This document shows positions 1 through 12,400 of a stretch of DNA of 64,000 nucleotides, in pieces. The DNA is from Vreelandella subglaciescola (GTDB lineage Bacteria > Pseudomonadota > Gammaproteobacteria > Pseudomonadales > Halomonadaceae): positions 4,787 to 68,786 of the forward strand of contig JAKDRW010000002.1 in the NCBI GenBank assembly GCA_030454225.1, given 5' to 3'. The position numbers and the translations under genes are program-made. Each line of letters opens with the position of its first letter. Position 1 is the stretch's first letter. The notes below the pieces were generated by a model that made no database searches, was not told the DNA's origin, and saw only the letters and a program-made list of their open reading frames with translations.

Positions 1-37
1 CTACGTCAAGCGTCTGAACGGCGTGCTGACGGCGTAA
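1..37 (+). CDS. htpG: 3' end of an upstream gene, probably the chaperone HtpG (Hsp90)
   Basis: Frame 2 reads YVKRLNGVLTA-stop (TAA 35-37), resembling the HtpG C-terminal [F/Y]V[K/R]RLN.LL motif. It is followed by a terminator. Only 11 codons are visible. Confidence 0.55.
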   Translation, partial: YVKRLNGVLTA

Positions 38-49
38 AAAGCAGCGGCG

Positions 50-92
50 ACAAACGGCCCGTCAGGCTACCCTGGCGGGCCGTTTGTTTTTC
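50..92 (+). terminator. Rho-independent terminator
   Basis: ACAAACGGCCCGTCAGG-CTAC-CCTGGCGGGCCGTTTGT stem followed by a T tract. Confidence 0.85.
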
Positions 93-188
93 TGGCGTGT
101 TTGCTGGCATGTTGATTGAAAAGCGTATTAATAGACAAGCGTTGAGATCAACGCCAGTATTGAACAACAATCTCGGTAGGACACCTTT

Positions 189-1286
189 ATGGCGGAACAG
201 CAGACCCAGGTTGCGATCAAGGTTGCGGTGCTTGGCGGCGGCAGTTTTGGCACGGCGCTTTCAAGCATCGCGGCGGATAACGGGGCCGAGGTGCGCCAAT
301 GGATGCGCGACGCCGCGCTGGTTGAGCAGATCAATGACGAGCACCGCAACGGACGCTATCTGCCCGACTACGCCATGAACGAGGCGGTGCATGCCTCAAC
401 CGACATGCAGGCGGTGCTTGAAGGCGCCGAGCTGGTGCTGATCGCGATTCCTTCCAAGGCGTTTCGCAGCGTGGTGCAGGCGGCCAGGCAGTGGCTGCGC
501 CCCGAGCAGATTCTGGTGAGCACCACCAAAGGCATCGAAACAGACAGCTTTATGCTGATGAGCCAGGTGCTTGAAGAAGAAACCGGCTTTAGCCACATCG
601 GCGTGATTGCCGGCCCCAACCTGGCCTCGGAAATTGCTGACAAGCAGCTCACCGCCACGGTGGTGGCAAGCGCGGATGCGCTGACCCGAACCCGCGTGCA
701 GGAGGTGCTCAGCTGCGGTTATTTTCGCGTGTATGCCAGCAACGACCGCCACGGCGTCGAGCTTGGCGGCGCGTTAAAAAATATCTATGCCATCGCTGCG
801 GGCATGGCGGCCGCGCTGGGCATGGGCGAAAACACGCGGAGTATGCTGATGACCCGGGCGCTGGCCGAAATGAGCCGTTTTGCCGTGGCTCAGGGTGCCA
901 ACCCGATGACGTTTCTAGGGCTTGCAGGCGTCGGCGATTTGATCGTGACCTGCTCGTCGAGCCTGTCGCGCAACTACCGCGTGGGGCAGGCCATGGGCGA
1001 GGGGCGCACGCTGGAACAGGCCGTTGAGGCGCTAGGTCAGGTGGCCGAAGGGGTCAACACCGTGCGGCTGGTATGCGCCAAAGCCGCCGAAATCGGCGTT
1101 TACATGCCGCTCGCCGAAGGGCTCAATCGCGTGCTGTTTCACGGCGTGCCGGCCACACAAATGGCCGGCGCGCTGATGACCGGCGAGCAGAGTAGCGATG
1201 TGGAGTTCGTACTGCCGCGCGCCGACGTGCAGCAGGCGCACCGCAAACCCAACGGCAATAAGATTGAGGGAGACCAGCATGAGTAG
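189..1286 (+). CDS. gpsA: NAD(P)H-dependent glycerol-3-phosphate dehydrogenase
   Basis: [11 protein letters not shown] Rossmann motif; [26 protein letters not shown] and SRN motifs. Confidence 0.96.
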   Translation: MAEQQTQVAIKVAVLGGGSFGTALSSIAADNGAEVRQWMRDAALVEQINDEHRNGRYLPDYAMNEAVHASTDMQAVLEGAELVLIAIPSKAFRSVVQAARQWLRPEQILVSTTKGIETDSFMLMSQVLEEETGFSHIGVIAGPNLASEIADKQLTATVVASADALTRTRVQEVLSCGYFRVYASNDRHGVELGGALKNIYAIAAGMAAALGMGENTRSMLMTRALAEMSRFAVAQGANPMTFLGLAGVGDLIVTCSSSLSRNYRVGQAMGEGRTLEQAVEALGQVAEGVNTVRLVCAKAAEIGVYMPLAEGLNRVLFHGVPATQMAGALMTGEQSSDVEFVLPRADVQQAHRKPNGNKIEGDQHE

Positions 1287-1743
1287 GCTGTGGATTATGC
1301 GTCACGGCGAGGCCGCGCCGGGGACACCGGACAGCGCCCGCCGGCTAACGCCGCTCGGCGAGCAGCAGGCCGCCACCATGGCGCGCCGGCTGGCGCAGCA
1401 GCAAGCCGACGGCGAGCCTTCGGTTTCGCGGATTATCGCAAGCCCCCTGGTTCGCGCGCGGCAAACCGCCGGTGAGATGGGCGATGCGCTGGGCGTCGGC
1501 GTAGAAACGCTGAGCGGGATTGCCCCCGACGACTCGCCCCAGGCATTTTGCGACTGGTTGGTGAGGCAGTCGGGCAACGTGCTGATGGTTAGCCACATGC
1601 CGCTGGTCGGCGCGCTAGCCGGACTGTTGGTGGAGGGGCGCAGCGATCAGGGGGTGGCATTCCCCCCCGCGGGGCTTGCCGCGCTTGAATCCGAGGTGTG
1701 GGCTGGCGGCTGCGCGCGGCTGATACGCTTTACCGCGCCGTAA
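1279..1743 (+). CDS. sixA: Phosphohistidine phosphatase SixA
   Basis: [20 protein letters not shown] and VSHMP motifs. ATG 1279 follows GAGGGAG and overlaps the gpsA end. Confidence 0.92.
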   Translation: MSRLWIMRHGEAAPGTPDSARRLTPLGEQQAATMARRLAQQQADGEPSVSRIIASPLVRARQTAGEMGDALGVGVETLSGIAPDDSPQAFCDWLVRQSGNVLMVSHMPLVGALAGLLVEGRSDQGVAFPPAGLAALESEVWAGGCARLIRFTAP

Positions 1744-1763
1744 GCGTTTACCGTTAGACGCAC

Positions 1764-1814
1764 AAACGCCGCGTGCTGCCGTTAACAATTGACGAGCAGC
1801 CCGCGGCGTTTTTT
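1764..1814. terminator. Probable bidirectional terminator between convergent sixA and gatB
   Basis: AAACGCCGCG...CGCGGCGTTTTTT long imperfect inverted repeat. Confidence 0.7.
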
Positions 1815-1849
1815 ATCGGCCGTTCAAGTCGCGACGGCGTGTTAGCGGC

Positions 1850-3319
1850 TTATAGCTGGGCGTCCAGCTTTTCCTTGAGCAGCTGGTTGACCTGCTGCGG
1901 GTTGGCCGTGCCGCGCGAGGCTTTCATTACCTGGCCGACAAAGTAGCCGATCATCTTGCCGCGCTTGTCGGGCTCGGCTTCCACGTACTGAGTGACCTGT
2001 TTGGGACTTTGGGCAATAACGTCGTCGATCATGGCCTCAATCGCGCCGCTATCGGTGACCTGCTTGAGCCCCTTGGCCTCGATGATCTCGTCGGCGCTTT
2101 CGCCCTGGCCGTCCCACAGCGCCTGGAACACCTGCTTGGCGGCCTTGCCGCTGATGGTGTCGTCCTTCACCCGGCCGATTAGCTCGCCGAGCTGGCGGGC
2201 GCTGACCGGGCTTGCGCTGATTTCCAGGTGCTCGCGCTTGAGCGCGGCGGAAAGCTCGCCCTGCACCCAGTTGGCCGCCTGCTTGGCGTCGTCGCAGACG
2301 TGCATGACCTCTTCAAAGTAATCGGCCATTTCACGGCTGGAGGCCAATACGCCGGCGTCGTAGGCGGACAGCCCCAGCTGGCTTTCAAAGCGTCCGCGCT
2401 TGGCGTCGGGAAGCTCGGGCAGGCCGTCGCGCAGGGTGTCGATATAGGCCTGGTCGAGCACGATCGGCAGCAGGTCGGGGCAGGGGAAGTAGCGGTAGTC
2501 GTTGGCTTCTTCCTTGGTACGCATGCTGCGGGTTTCGTCGCGGTCGGGGTCGTACAGGCGGGTTTCCTGCACCACCGTGCCGCCATCTTCGATTAGCTCG
2601 ATCTGCCGCTCGACCTCAAAGGCGACGGCGCGCTCGACAAAGCGGAAGGAGTTGACGTTTTTGATCTCGGCGCGGGTGCCGAACGCGTCCTGCCCCTTGG
2701 GGCGCACCGAGACGTTGACGTCGCAGCGCATCGAGCCTTCGGCCATGTTGCCATCGGAAATGCCCAGGTAGGTGACGATGGCGTGAATCGCCCTGAGATA
2801 GGCGGTGGCTTCTTTGGCCGAGCGCATGTCGGGCTCGGAGACGATTTCTAAAAGCGGCGTGCCCGCACGGTTCAAGTCGACCCCGGTCATTTCCCGACCG
2901 CTATCGTCACTCAGGCTTTCGTGGAGCGACTTGCCGGCGTCTTCTTCCAAATGCGCGTGATGAATACGTATGCGCTTGGCCGCGCCGTCGTCAAGGGTGA
3001 CGTCCAGCAGGCCCGGGCCGACGATGGGGTGGTACATCTGACTGGTTTGATAGCCCTTGGGCAGGTCGGCGTAAAAATAGTTTTTGCGATCAAACACCGA
3101 GGTCTTGGCAATTTCGGCGTTGACGCCGAGGCCAAACTGCACGGCCATTGATACGGCCTGTTCATTGACGACCGGCAGCGTGCCGGGCATGCCCAGATCA
3201 ACGGCGCAGGCCTGGGTGTTGGCGTCGGCGCCGAACGCGGTCGACGCGCCGGAAAAAATTTTCGAGCGCGTGGCGAGCTGAACGTGGACTTCGAGCCCAA
3301 TCACGGTTTCCCATTGCAT
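1850..3319 (-). CDS. gatB: Asp/Glu-tRNA amidotransferase subunit B
   Basis: [49 protein letters not shown] and DYRYFP motifs. Confidence 0.98.
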   Translation of the reverse strand: MQWETVIGLEVHVQLATRSKIFSGASTAFGADANTQACAVDLGMPGTLPVVNEQAVSMAVQFGLGVNAEIAKTSVFDRKNYFYADLPKGYQTSQMYHPIVGPGLLDVTLDDGAAKRIRIHHAHLEEDAGKSLHESLSDDSGREMTGVDLNRAGTPLLEIVSEPDMRSAKEATAYLRAIHAIVTYLGISDGNMAEGSMRCDVNVSVRPKGQDAFGTRAEIKNVNSFRFVERAVAFEVERQIELIEDGGTVVQETRLYDPDRDETRSMRTKEEANDYRYFPCPDLLPIVLDQAYIDTLRDGLPELPDAKRGRFESQLGLSAYDAGVLASSREMADYFEEVMHVCDDAKQAANWVQGELSAALKREHLEISASPVSARQLGELIGRVKDDTISGKAAKQVFQALWDGQGESADEIIEAKGLKQVTDSGAIEAMIDDVIAQSPKQVTQYVEAEPDKRGKMIGYFVGQVMKASRGTANPQQVNQLLKEKLDAQL

Positions 3320-4779
3320 CAGACAATCTCCTTGGCGAAAGCGGGGCGCTGTTGATGCCAGTCGGTGGCTTGCTGGAACCGGTGCGCGACGTTCAAAAGC
3401 TGGGCTTCGGCAAAGTGCGAGCCGAGGATTTGCAGTCCCACCGGGCGGCCATTCGACAGGCCCGCCGGTACGCTGATGGCGGGGATCCCGGCCAGGTTGA
3501 CCGCGATGGTATAGATGTCCTGCAGGTACATCGACAGCGGATCTTTCTGGGCCCCTAGATTAAACGCCGGCGTGGGCGACGTGGGACCCATCAGCACGTC
3601 GACCTCATTATAAGCGTCGAGGAAGTCCTGGCGGATCAGTCGGCGAACACGCTGCGCCTTGGTGTAGTAGGCATCAAAAAAGCCTTCGGAAAGCGTGTGC
3701 GTGCCAATCAGGATGCGTCGCTTGACCTCGTCGCCGAAGCCTTCCGCCCGCGAGCGCTGGTACAGGTCGAGCAGGTCGTCGGGGGTGTCGCAGCGGTGGC
3801 CAAAGCGTACGCCGTCAAAGCGCGACAGGTTGGACGAAGCCTCCGCCGGGGCGATCACGTAGTAGGCCGAGGTGGCGTAGCGGGTGTGCGGCAGGCTGAC
3901 GTCGCGCACCGTGGCTCCCAGCGCCTCAAACACCTTGACCGCGTCGCGCACGGCGCTTTCGACCTCCGGATCGAGGCCGTCGCCGAAATATTCTTGCGGC
4001 AGGCCGATCTTTAGCCCGGCAAGCGGGGCGTCGAGCTCGCCGGCGTAGTCGGGCACCGCGCGGTCGGCGCTGGTGGAGTCGCGCGCGTCGTGGCCGGCAA
4101 TAGCGGTCATCAAGTGCGCGCAGTCTTCGGCGGTGCGCGCCATCGGGCCGGCCTGATCAAGGCTCGACGCGTAGGCGATGATGCCGTAGCGCGATACACG
4201 TCCGTAGGTAGGCTTGAGCCCGGTAATGCCGCAAAAGGCTGCCGGCTGGCGGATCGAGCCGCCGGTATCGGTGCCCATTGCCGCCGGCACAAGCCCCGCG
4301 GCTACGGCAGCGGCGCTGCCGCCGGAGCTGCCGCCGGGCACGGCGGACAAGTCCCAGGGGTTTTTGATCGCGCCGTAAAAGCTTGACTCGCTGGACGAGC
4401 CCATGGCGAATTCGTCCATGTTGGTCTTGCCCAGGCTTATGCTGCCGGCGGCGTCGAGCTTTTCGACCAGGGTTGCGCTGTAGGGGGCAATAAAGTTGTC
4501 GAGCATTTTTGAGCCGCAGGTGGTTTTGACCCCCTGGGTGCAAAAGTTATCCTTGAGCGCCAGCGGCACGCCGGTCAGATAGCCGCCGCGGCCCTCGGCG
4601 CGCGCCTTGTCGGCGGCGTCGGCGCCGGCAAGCGCCTGCTCGGCGGTGACGCTGATAAAGCTATTGAGCGTCGGCTCTGCGCGCTCGATGCGCTTGAGAT
4701 AGTCGCTAGTCAACTCGCGGCTTGAGGCGTCGCCGTTTTTCAGCGCGGCTGCAAGCGACGTTACAGTATGGTCAGACAT
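3319..4779 (-). CDS. gatA: Asp/Glu-tRNA amidotransferase subunit A
   Basis: Amidase signature [26 protein letters not shown] and [12 protein letters not shown]. Confidence 0.98.
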   Translation of the reverse strand: MSDHTVTSLAAALKNGDASSRELTSDYLKRIERAEPTLNSFISVTAEQALAGADAADKARAEGRGGYLTGVPLALKDNFCTQGVKTTCGSKMLDNFIAPYSATLVEKLDAAGSISLGKTNMDEFAMGSSSESSFYGAIKNPWDLSAVPGGSSGGSAAAVAAGLVPAAMGTDTGGSIRQPAAFCGITGLKPTYGRVSRYGIIAYASSLDQAGPMARTAEDCAHLMTAIAGHDARDSTSADRAVPDYAGELDAPLAGLKIGLPQEYFGDGLDPEVESAVRDAVKVFEALGATVRDVSLPHTRYATSAYYVIAPAEASSNLSRFDGVRFGHRCDTPDDLLDLYQRSRAEGFGDEVKRRILIGTHTLSEGFFDAYYTKAQRVRRLIRQDFLDAYNEVDVLMGPTSPTPAFNLGAQKDPLSMYLQDIYTIAVNLAGIPAISVPAGLSNGRPVGLQILGSHFAEAQLLNVAHRFQQATDWHQQRPAFAKEIV

Positions 4780-4886
4780 GGCCCACAGGCTCCGTTAGGG
4801 GAAAAAACGGGTAACAGAAATACGGTGGCGTACACAGCAATACCGCCAAACGCCGTCATCAAGGCGGCGCCGGGGGTATCTCGGCA

Positions 4887-5174
4887 CTATTCGACCACGC
4901 GGGGCACCAGATAAAGGCCGTCTTCCACCGCCGGTGCGCAGCGTTGAAAACGCTCGCGCTGGTCGGCCTCGGTGACTTCATCGGCGCGTAGGCGCTGGGT
5001 TGCGTCGAGCGGATGGTAAAGCGGATCGACGCCTTCGGTATCGACGCTTTGCAGCTGATCGACCATGGCCAGAATCTGACTCAAATCGTCAACGAAATCG
5101 CTCGCCTGGTCATCGCTTACGTCGAGCCGGGCCAGGTGGGCCGCCCGACGCACGTGGGTCTGTTCAAGCGCCAT
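4887..5174 (-). CDS. gatC: Asp/Glu-tRNA amidotransferase subunit C
   Basis: MALEQTHVRRAAHLARL...LRADEV...YLVPRVVE. Start set at ATG 5174 (95 aa) after an AAGGA RBS. Confidence 0.95.
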   Translation of the reverse strand: MALEQTHVRRAAHLARLDVSDDQASDFVDDLSQILAMVDQLQSVDTEGVDPLYHPLDATQRLRADEVTEADQRERFQRCAPAVEDGLYLVPRVVE

Positions 5175-5381
5175 GATCAAGGTGTCCTTATGCAAGGTGG
5201 GTGGCGTGCGCCAAACGGTTGGCGCGCTGCCGGATTTAGCGGCACCGCTAGAGGGTGTCCAAAGTGGCGCAAAAGGTAGCATATATTGGGGCTTACGGGC
5301 AGAGGCGATGCGCTCTGTGGTTGCCGCGGGGGGGTTGCGGTGATACCGTTTGCCTCCGCACAGGTTCCCGGTCAGCACTAG

Positions 5382-6431
<1,050 letters not shown>

Positions 6432-6461
6432 TCGCGGCGGTTGCTGTGCGGAGGATTGCTT

Positions 6462-7400
6462 ATTAAATCGCTGTTTTCCCACGGGTATCTTCCTGGTTAC
6501 CGGCTGTTTTTCTGTGTGCTGGCGGCAAGCGCACTGATGTTTGCCGACCAGCACTTTTCGCGTATGGAAACCCTGCGTGCGCAGCTGTCTACCGTGGTGG
6601 CGCCCATCCAGTGGGCGGTCAGCGTGCCCAGCAATCTGCTCAGCTGGGGCACGCTAGCGCTGTCCGAGCAGCAGGAGCTGATGGACGAAAACCGCCGGCT
6701 GCGAGAAAAAATGCTCACGCTGTCGCATCGCGGTCAGCGCATGGCAAGCCTCGAGGCCGAGAATAGCGAGCTGCGCGAGGTGCTCAACGCGGCGCAGGAG
6801 CGTGATGTTGCGTATATTACCGCCGAGCTCATCTCGCTGGATAACGATCCCTTTAGCCATCGCATGGTGGTCAACCGCGGGCGTCGCAACGGTGCCTATG
6901 TAGGCCAGCCGGTAACTGATGCTTTCGGCCTGGTCGGTCAGATTACCGCGGTGTCGGCCTACTCCAGTCGGGTGCTGCTGCTGGCCGATGCCAGCCACGC
7001 GCTGCCGGTGCAGCTCACCCGTAACGGGCTGCGCTTTATCGTTCAGGGCGCGGGGCGCTATGGCAAAGTCAAAGTGCTCCACGTGCCCGACACCGCCGAT
7101 ATTCAAGAAGGTGACCTGCTGACCACTTCAGGCCTTGCCGGGCGCTTTCCCGCGGGGTATCCGGTCGCCCGGGTGACAGAGGTAATTCACGATCCCGGCC
7201 GGCCGTTTGCAAGAGTCACGGCCAAGCCGCTGGCGCGCCTCGAGCGCTCGCGGCATTTTTTGTTGCTGTTCCCCCCGCCGCAAAAAACCGCGGCCGATAG
7301 CCCCTGGGGCGATAGCCTGGCGATTAGCGACGCGGCCCTGAGCAGCGTACAGCGCCTCGCCGCCGCGCTATCGTCCCCCGATGCTGCAAGGACTCCCTGA
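6462..7400 (+). CDS. mreC: Rod shape-determining protein MreC; start probably ATT 6462, alternatives TTG 6441/6456
   Basis: N-terminal TM, coiled coil, GLVGQI and GD.L.TSGLAGRFPAGYPVA motifs; located between mreB and mreD. Confidence 0.92.
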   Translation: MKSLFSHGYLPGYRLFFCVLAASALMFADQHFSRMETLRAQLSTVVAPIQWAVSVPSNLLSWGTLALSEQQELMDENRRLREKMLTLSHRGQRMASLEAENSELREVLNAAQERDVAYITAELISLDNDPFSHRMVVNRGRRNGAYVGQPVTDAFGLVGQITAVSAYSSRVLLLADASHALPVQLTRNGLRFIVQGAGRYGKVKVLHVPDTADIQEGDLLTTSGLAGRFPAGYPVARVTEVIHDPGRPFARVTAKPLARLERSRHFLLLFPPPQKTAADSPWGDSLAISDAALSSVQRLAAALSSPDAARTP

Positions 7401-7888
7401 TGGCTCGCGCGTTTAGCGTATCGCTCCCCGTGATCTGGCTGGCTCTGCTGTTGGCGCTGTGCCTGCAGGTGATGCCGCTGGCAGAAGGCTGGCAGATATA
7501 TCGCCCCGACTGGCTGGGGCTGATGTTGATTTATGGCTGCATGCGCGCGCCCGAGCGGGTGGGCGTGCTGCACGGCTTCGTGCTGGGGATTTTGCTTGAC
7601 CTGATTCAGGGGGGCGCGCTGGGGCAAAGTGCGCTGGTGTTCTCACTGCTGGCGTTTTTATGTGCGCTGGTGTATTCGCGCTTTCGTACTTACTCGCTGG
7701 TGCAGCAGGCGGTGCTGGTGCTGGTGCTGTTGGGGCTTGTGCAGCTAGTGGAGCAGTGGGTAAGAACCCTGTGGGGCGATTTTTCCATCCATCTGGCATT
7801 TTTGCTGCCGGCGCTTTCCAGCGCGCTGCTGTGGCCGTGGCTCGCTACGCTGCTGCGCGTTCTTGAACCGCGCCGCGGGGCAAAGTGA
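7400..7888 (+). CDS. mreD: Rod shape-determining protein MreD
   Basis: Hydrophobic 162-aa protein with RPDW, P.RVG..GF.LG.LLDL and LLWPW motifs. Confidence 0.94.
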   Translation: MARAFSVSLPVIWLALLLALCLQVMPLAEGWQIYRPDWLGLMLIYGCMRAPERVGVLHGFVLGILLDLIQGGALGQSALVFSLLAFLCALVYSRFRTYSLVQQAVLVLVLLGLVQLVEQWVRTLWGDFSIHLAFLLPALSSALLWPWLATLLRVLEPRRGAK

Positions 7889-7962
7889 AAGGCCAGGAAG
7901 GCGCGGCGGCAGCGTCGTTTAACGTGAAGTTTCGCTTGCTGTGAATTAATAAGGAATGCTGC

Positions 7963-9426
7963 ATGAGTGGTGAAGTTCTCATCAATTTGACGCCGATGGA
8001 GACCCGCGTTGCGCTGGTGGAAAACGGCGTGCTCCAGGAAGCGCTGATCGAGCGCTCGTGTCGTCGCGGCATCGCTGGCAATATTTACAAGGGCAGGGTA
8101 GTGCGCGTGTTGCCGGGCATGCAGGCGGCCTTTGTTGATATTGGCCTGTCGCGCGCGGCGTTTATTCATGCCCATGAAGTGATGCCCTCGGGGACGCCTG
8201 CCGACGAGCAGCTGACCATCAGCCAGCTGCTGCACGAAGGTCAGGCGCTGGTGGTGCAGGTGACCAAGGATCCGATTGGTACCAAGGGGGCACGGCTGAC
8301 CACCCACCTGTCGATCCCCTCGCGTTACCTGGTATATATGCCCGACTCGCCCCACCACGGAGTGTCCCAGCGCATTGAAGACGAGCGCGAGCGCGAGCGG
8401 CTGCGCAATCTGCTGGAGATGGGGGTCGCCCAGCAAAATATTGATGCCAGCGGTGGCTTTATCGTGCGCACCGCGGCGGAAAACGTCGGCGATGAAGAGT
8501 TGGCCAGCGATATTTATTTTTTATTGCGCCTGTGGCAGAAGGTCAGCGAGCGCAAAATCACCGCGGCGCCGCCCTCGGTGATTTACGACGATTTACCGCT
8601 GTTTATTCGCACGCTGCGCGATGTGATGCGCGAGGATATCGAAAAGGTGCGTATCGATTCGCGGGAGAACTTTACCCGCCTGGTAGACTTTGCCCGCGAA
8701 TTCATGCCCACCGCCGTCGAGCGCATCGAGTACTACCCCGGCGAGCGGCCGATCTTTGATTTGTACAGCGTCGAAGACGAGATCCAGAAGGCGCTGGGCC
8801 GCAAGGTGCAGCTGAAATCCGGCGGCTACCTGGTGATCGACCCGACCGAGGCGATGACCACGATCGATGTGAATACCGGCGGCTATGTCGGCCACCGCAA
8901 TCTTGAAGAAACCATTTTCAAAACCAACCTTGAAGCAGCCACCTCGATTGCCCGCCAGCTCAGGCTGCGCAACCTGGGCGGTATCATCATCATCGACTTT
9001 ATCGACATGGAAGACGTCGAACACCAGCGCCAGGTACTACGCCTGTTGGAAAAGGTGCTCGAGCGCGATCATGCCAAAACCAAGTGTACCGGCGTGACCG
9101 AGCTGGGTCTGGTTCAGCTGACCCGCAAGCGCACCCGTGAGAGCCTGGCCCAGACGCTGTGCGAAGCCTGTCCTACCTGCGACGGTCGCGGTAAGCTGAA
9201 AACGCCGGAAACGGTGTGCTATGAAATTTTTCGCGAAATTCTGCGCGAAGAGCGCGCATACAGTGCGGAAATGTACCGGGTGTTGGCATCGCAGGCGGTG
9301 GTAGACCGTTTGCTCGACGAAGAGTCCGCCTCGGTTGTCGACCTGGAAAATTTCATCCATAAACCCATTCGTTTCCAGGTGGAACAGCACTATTCACAAG
9401 AGCAGTACGACATTGTACTGATGTAG
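7963..9426 (+). CDS. rng: Ribonuclease G
   Basis: GNIYKGRVVRVLPGMQAAFVDIG, TEAMTTIDVNTG, LRNLGGIIIIDFIDM and the CPTCDGRG Zn-link. Confidence 0.97.
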   Translation: MSGEVLINLTPMETRVALVENGVLQEALIERSCRRGIAGNIYKGRVVRVLPGMQAAFVDIGLSRAAFIHAHEVMPSGTPADEQLTISQLLHEGQALVVQVTKDPIGTKGARLTTHLSIPSRYLVYMPDSPHHGVSQRIEDERERERLRNLLEMGVAQQNIDASGGFIVRTAAENVGDEELASDIYFLLRLWQKVSERKITAAPPSVIYDDLPLFIRTLRDVMREDIEKVRIDSRENFTRLVDFAREFMPTAVERIEYYPGERPIFDLYSVEDEIQKALGRKVQLKSGGYLVIDPTEAMTTIDVNTGGYVGHRNLEETIFKTNLEAATSIARQLRLRNLGGIIIIDFIDMEDVEHQRQVLRLLEKVLERDHAKTKCTGVTELGLVQLTRKRTRESLAQTLCEACPTCDGRGKLKTPETVCYEIFREILREERAYSAEMYRVLASQAVVDRLLDEESASVVDLENFIHKPIRFQVEQHYSQEQYDIVLM

Positions 9427-9430
9427 GTCG

Positions 9431-12400
9431 ATGACGATATACGCGCTGCGAAAAGGGTGCCTGGTGGTGCTGGCGTGGTGCCTGGGCACGCTGGCCGTGC
9501 TGCTGCTGGTATTGCGCCTGTTGGCCAGCCAGGCGGACGTGCTGACTCCACGCCTGGAAGCGTTTTTGCAAATGCACCTCGATGCCCCCGTCAGCATTGA
9601 AACGCTGGCGGTTGCCGTCGAGCGCGAAGGCCTGCGCGTGGATATCCGCGGGATTAACGCCGGGCTTCCCGACGCCGCACTTTTCTCCCTCAAAAAACTG
9701 CGCCTGCGGCTGGACGTATGGCGCTCGCTGCGCGCGTTGGCGCCGGTATTCAGCCAGGCGCGCATGGACGGCTTCACGCTGCACCTCTATCGCGGCGAAG
9801 GGCTTGCCTGGGACTGGCCCGACCCGGCAACGCTGCCGCTGTACCTTGCCGCCGACCCTACGATTGATCTGAACACCATTGATACCTGGACGCGGCTGAT
9901 ACTGCGCCAAAGGCTGTGGGTGACCGATACCCGCGTACTCATGCACGACGGCCAGGATAACGCCACCCTGCACGCGCCGGAGCTGGTGCTGAGCGGCAGC
10001 GAGGAGCGCATTCGTCTGGCGGGCGCGGTGGCGATTGCGCCGACGCTTCTGAGCGAGGGTGAGCCTGAGCTTCCCGTGGCCAGCCTCAAGGCCGACGTGC
10101 GCCCGGGCAGCGCAGGGCTAAGCAATTTTTCGGCGGCGCTGCAGCTGGATATGGAACTTGAGCAACTGTCGGTGCTTGCCGAGCTGATACGCCCGGATTA
10201 CGTGCCGCGGCTGACGCTGTCCGGCGGCCGCTCGCGCCTGTGGGGGCGCTGGCACTCGGGGCGGCTTGACGATGCGCGCTTACAGCTGGATATGCCCCAG
10301 GTCGTGCTCTCGCAGGCGGATGACAAGGTCGTCCTCAATGAGCTGCACGCGCGCGGCCAGTGGCGCCGCGAGGGCGACGGAGGTGACGCCTGGCTAAGCG
10401 GTGATGTGGCCGGCGCCGAGCGCACCGATCCCGCGCGTCACAAAGCCCCGGCGCTGCCCAAGCATTGGCATTTGACCCACGGAGGAGGCGACTGGCAGCT
10501 GCGTACCGGTCCGTTTGAACTGGATTCGCTGGTGGCGTGGCGCGACTACATGATACTGCCCGAATCCGTGACTCGGCCGCTGCAGGCGTTGGCGCCGCGC
10601 GGGCAGGTCACGGGGCTGCAGCTTGGCCAGCACAGTGGCGAATGGCGCGTGGACGCCGCCCTGCGCGATCTGGCCGTTTCGCCCTGGGAGGGAGCGCCCG
10701 GCGGCGGGCCGCTGGACGCCTGGGTTCAGGCGCGGGACCTGCGCGGCCGCGTGGCGTTTTCCGGCGCTGCCGACAGCTCGCTGTACTTTCCCCAGATCTT
10801 TAATCAGCCGATGGAGCTGGATCGCGCCGATGGTGAAGTACGCTGGGTTTACGACGGCCCTGATACGTTAGTCAGCGGCAGGCGGCTGCGTGCCGACTGG
10901 AACGGTGCCCGGGTGCAGGGTGAGTTTGGCCTGACCAGCGGCGGATCGCACGAGCAGCTGGGGCTCGATTTAGCGTTTCAGAACGTGGATGCGATCGACA
11001 CTCCGCTGGTGAACTGGCTGCCGATGAAAGTGCTCGACGAGAGTCTGGGCCAGTGGCTCGCCGACGGCGTCGGCGGGCAGGTAGAGCGCGGCACGCTGAA
11101 ACTCGCCACGCCGATCGACGAGGCGATGGAGGCTGATGACATCAATATCTTGCTGTCGCTGGATATTACCCAGGGCACGCTGCCCATCGCGCCGGAGTGG
11201 CCTCAGTTAACCGACATTGAGGGAAGTTTGACGCTTGATCAGGACGCACTTGAAGCGAGCGTCGCGCAGGCGCAAAGCCACGGCGTGCGCGCCACTGACG
11301 GCAAGGTCGAGCTGGACCTTGATGCCCGGCAGCTGCGCGTATCGGGGGCGCTTGACACCGATGCCGAGGCGCTCAAGGCATTTTTCCAGGCCGCCCCGGT
11401 GCTCGACGACAGCAGAGTGCTGGACGATATCGAGGCGCAGGGCGACGCGCAGGGCGATATATCGCTGGCGCTCTCGCTCGACGCTCCCGACACGCTGACG
11501 CTTGACGTTAGCGCGACGCCGCGGCTGAGCCAATTAATCTATACGCCGCTGGGCGTGGCGGTTAACAAGGTACACGGCGATATAGCCTGGCAACAGCGGG
11601 GCGAGCAGGGCGCGCTGACGGGGACGGCAAACGGCGAACTGCTGGGCGGTGAAGTGAGTGCCAACTTTACCCCCGACCAGGTGGCGTTTGACGGCCGTGC
11701 CAGCGCCGGCGAGCTGCTGGATATTGCCGGTTTAACGCCCGACGCCGCGGCTCGGCTGGCTAGCGGAAACGCCCACTGGCAGGGCACGCTGGCGCTCGAC
11801 GAGTCGCCTTCGCTACGCCTGCAAAGCAACCTTGAGGGTATTGATATCAAGCTGCCCGCGCCCTTTGCCAAGGCGTCGCACAGCGCCTGGCCGTGGACGC
11901 TTGAGGCGCAGTTTGACGATGGGCGGATAGAGAGCCGGCTGGGCGACGTGGGGCGTTTTCGCGGCCGGTTGATGGAGGGGCAGCTGGCCTTCAATCTCAA
12001 CCTTGGCACCCAGGCCGCCCGCACGCCGAGCTGGCCGAGTGGGCGTGGCTGGGGCATCAATGCCGGCGCCCGCGAGATCGCGCCGCTGGACTGGCGTTTT
12101 GTCACCGAGCTTTTCCCCGCGGATGCTGCATCCGGGCGCGGGGCCTCAATGATCGACAAGATTGATGTGCCGCTGCAGCTATCGCTGGAAACGTCGTGCG
12201 TGAAATATCACCGCGACTGTTTGGGTAGCGTAGCCGTTACGGGGCAGCGCAGTCGCAGCGGTGAAATGGATTTGGCGCTGGCGGGGAGCGTGCTAACCGG
12301 GCATTTGCGCTATCGACCGGACACCCCGCAGCCGGTCGATGTTACCGTGGACCAGCTAGTGGTCGATAATCTGATAAGGGTGTCTAAAATAGCGTACGCG

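Noticed and set aside
104-120. TGGCATG-TTGA-TTGA resembling a sigma54 promoter upstream of gpsA
   Set aside because: The -12 dinucleotide is GA, not the near-invariant GC.
2884-2925. Small insertion in GatB ([14 protein letters not shown])
   Set aside because: It lies in a variable loop and the catalytic motifs are intact.
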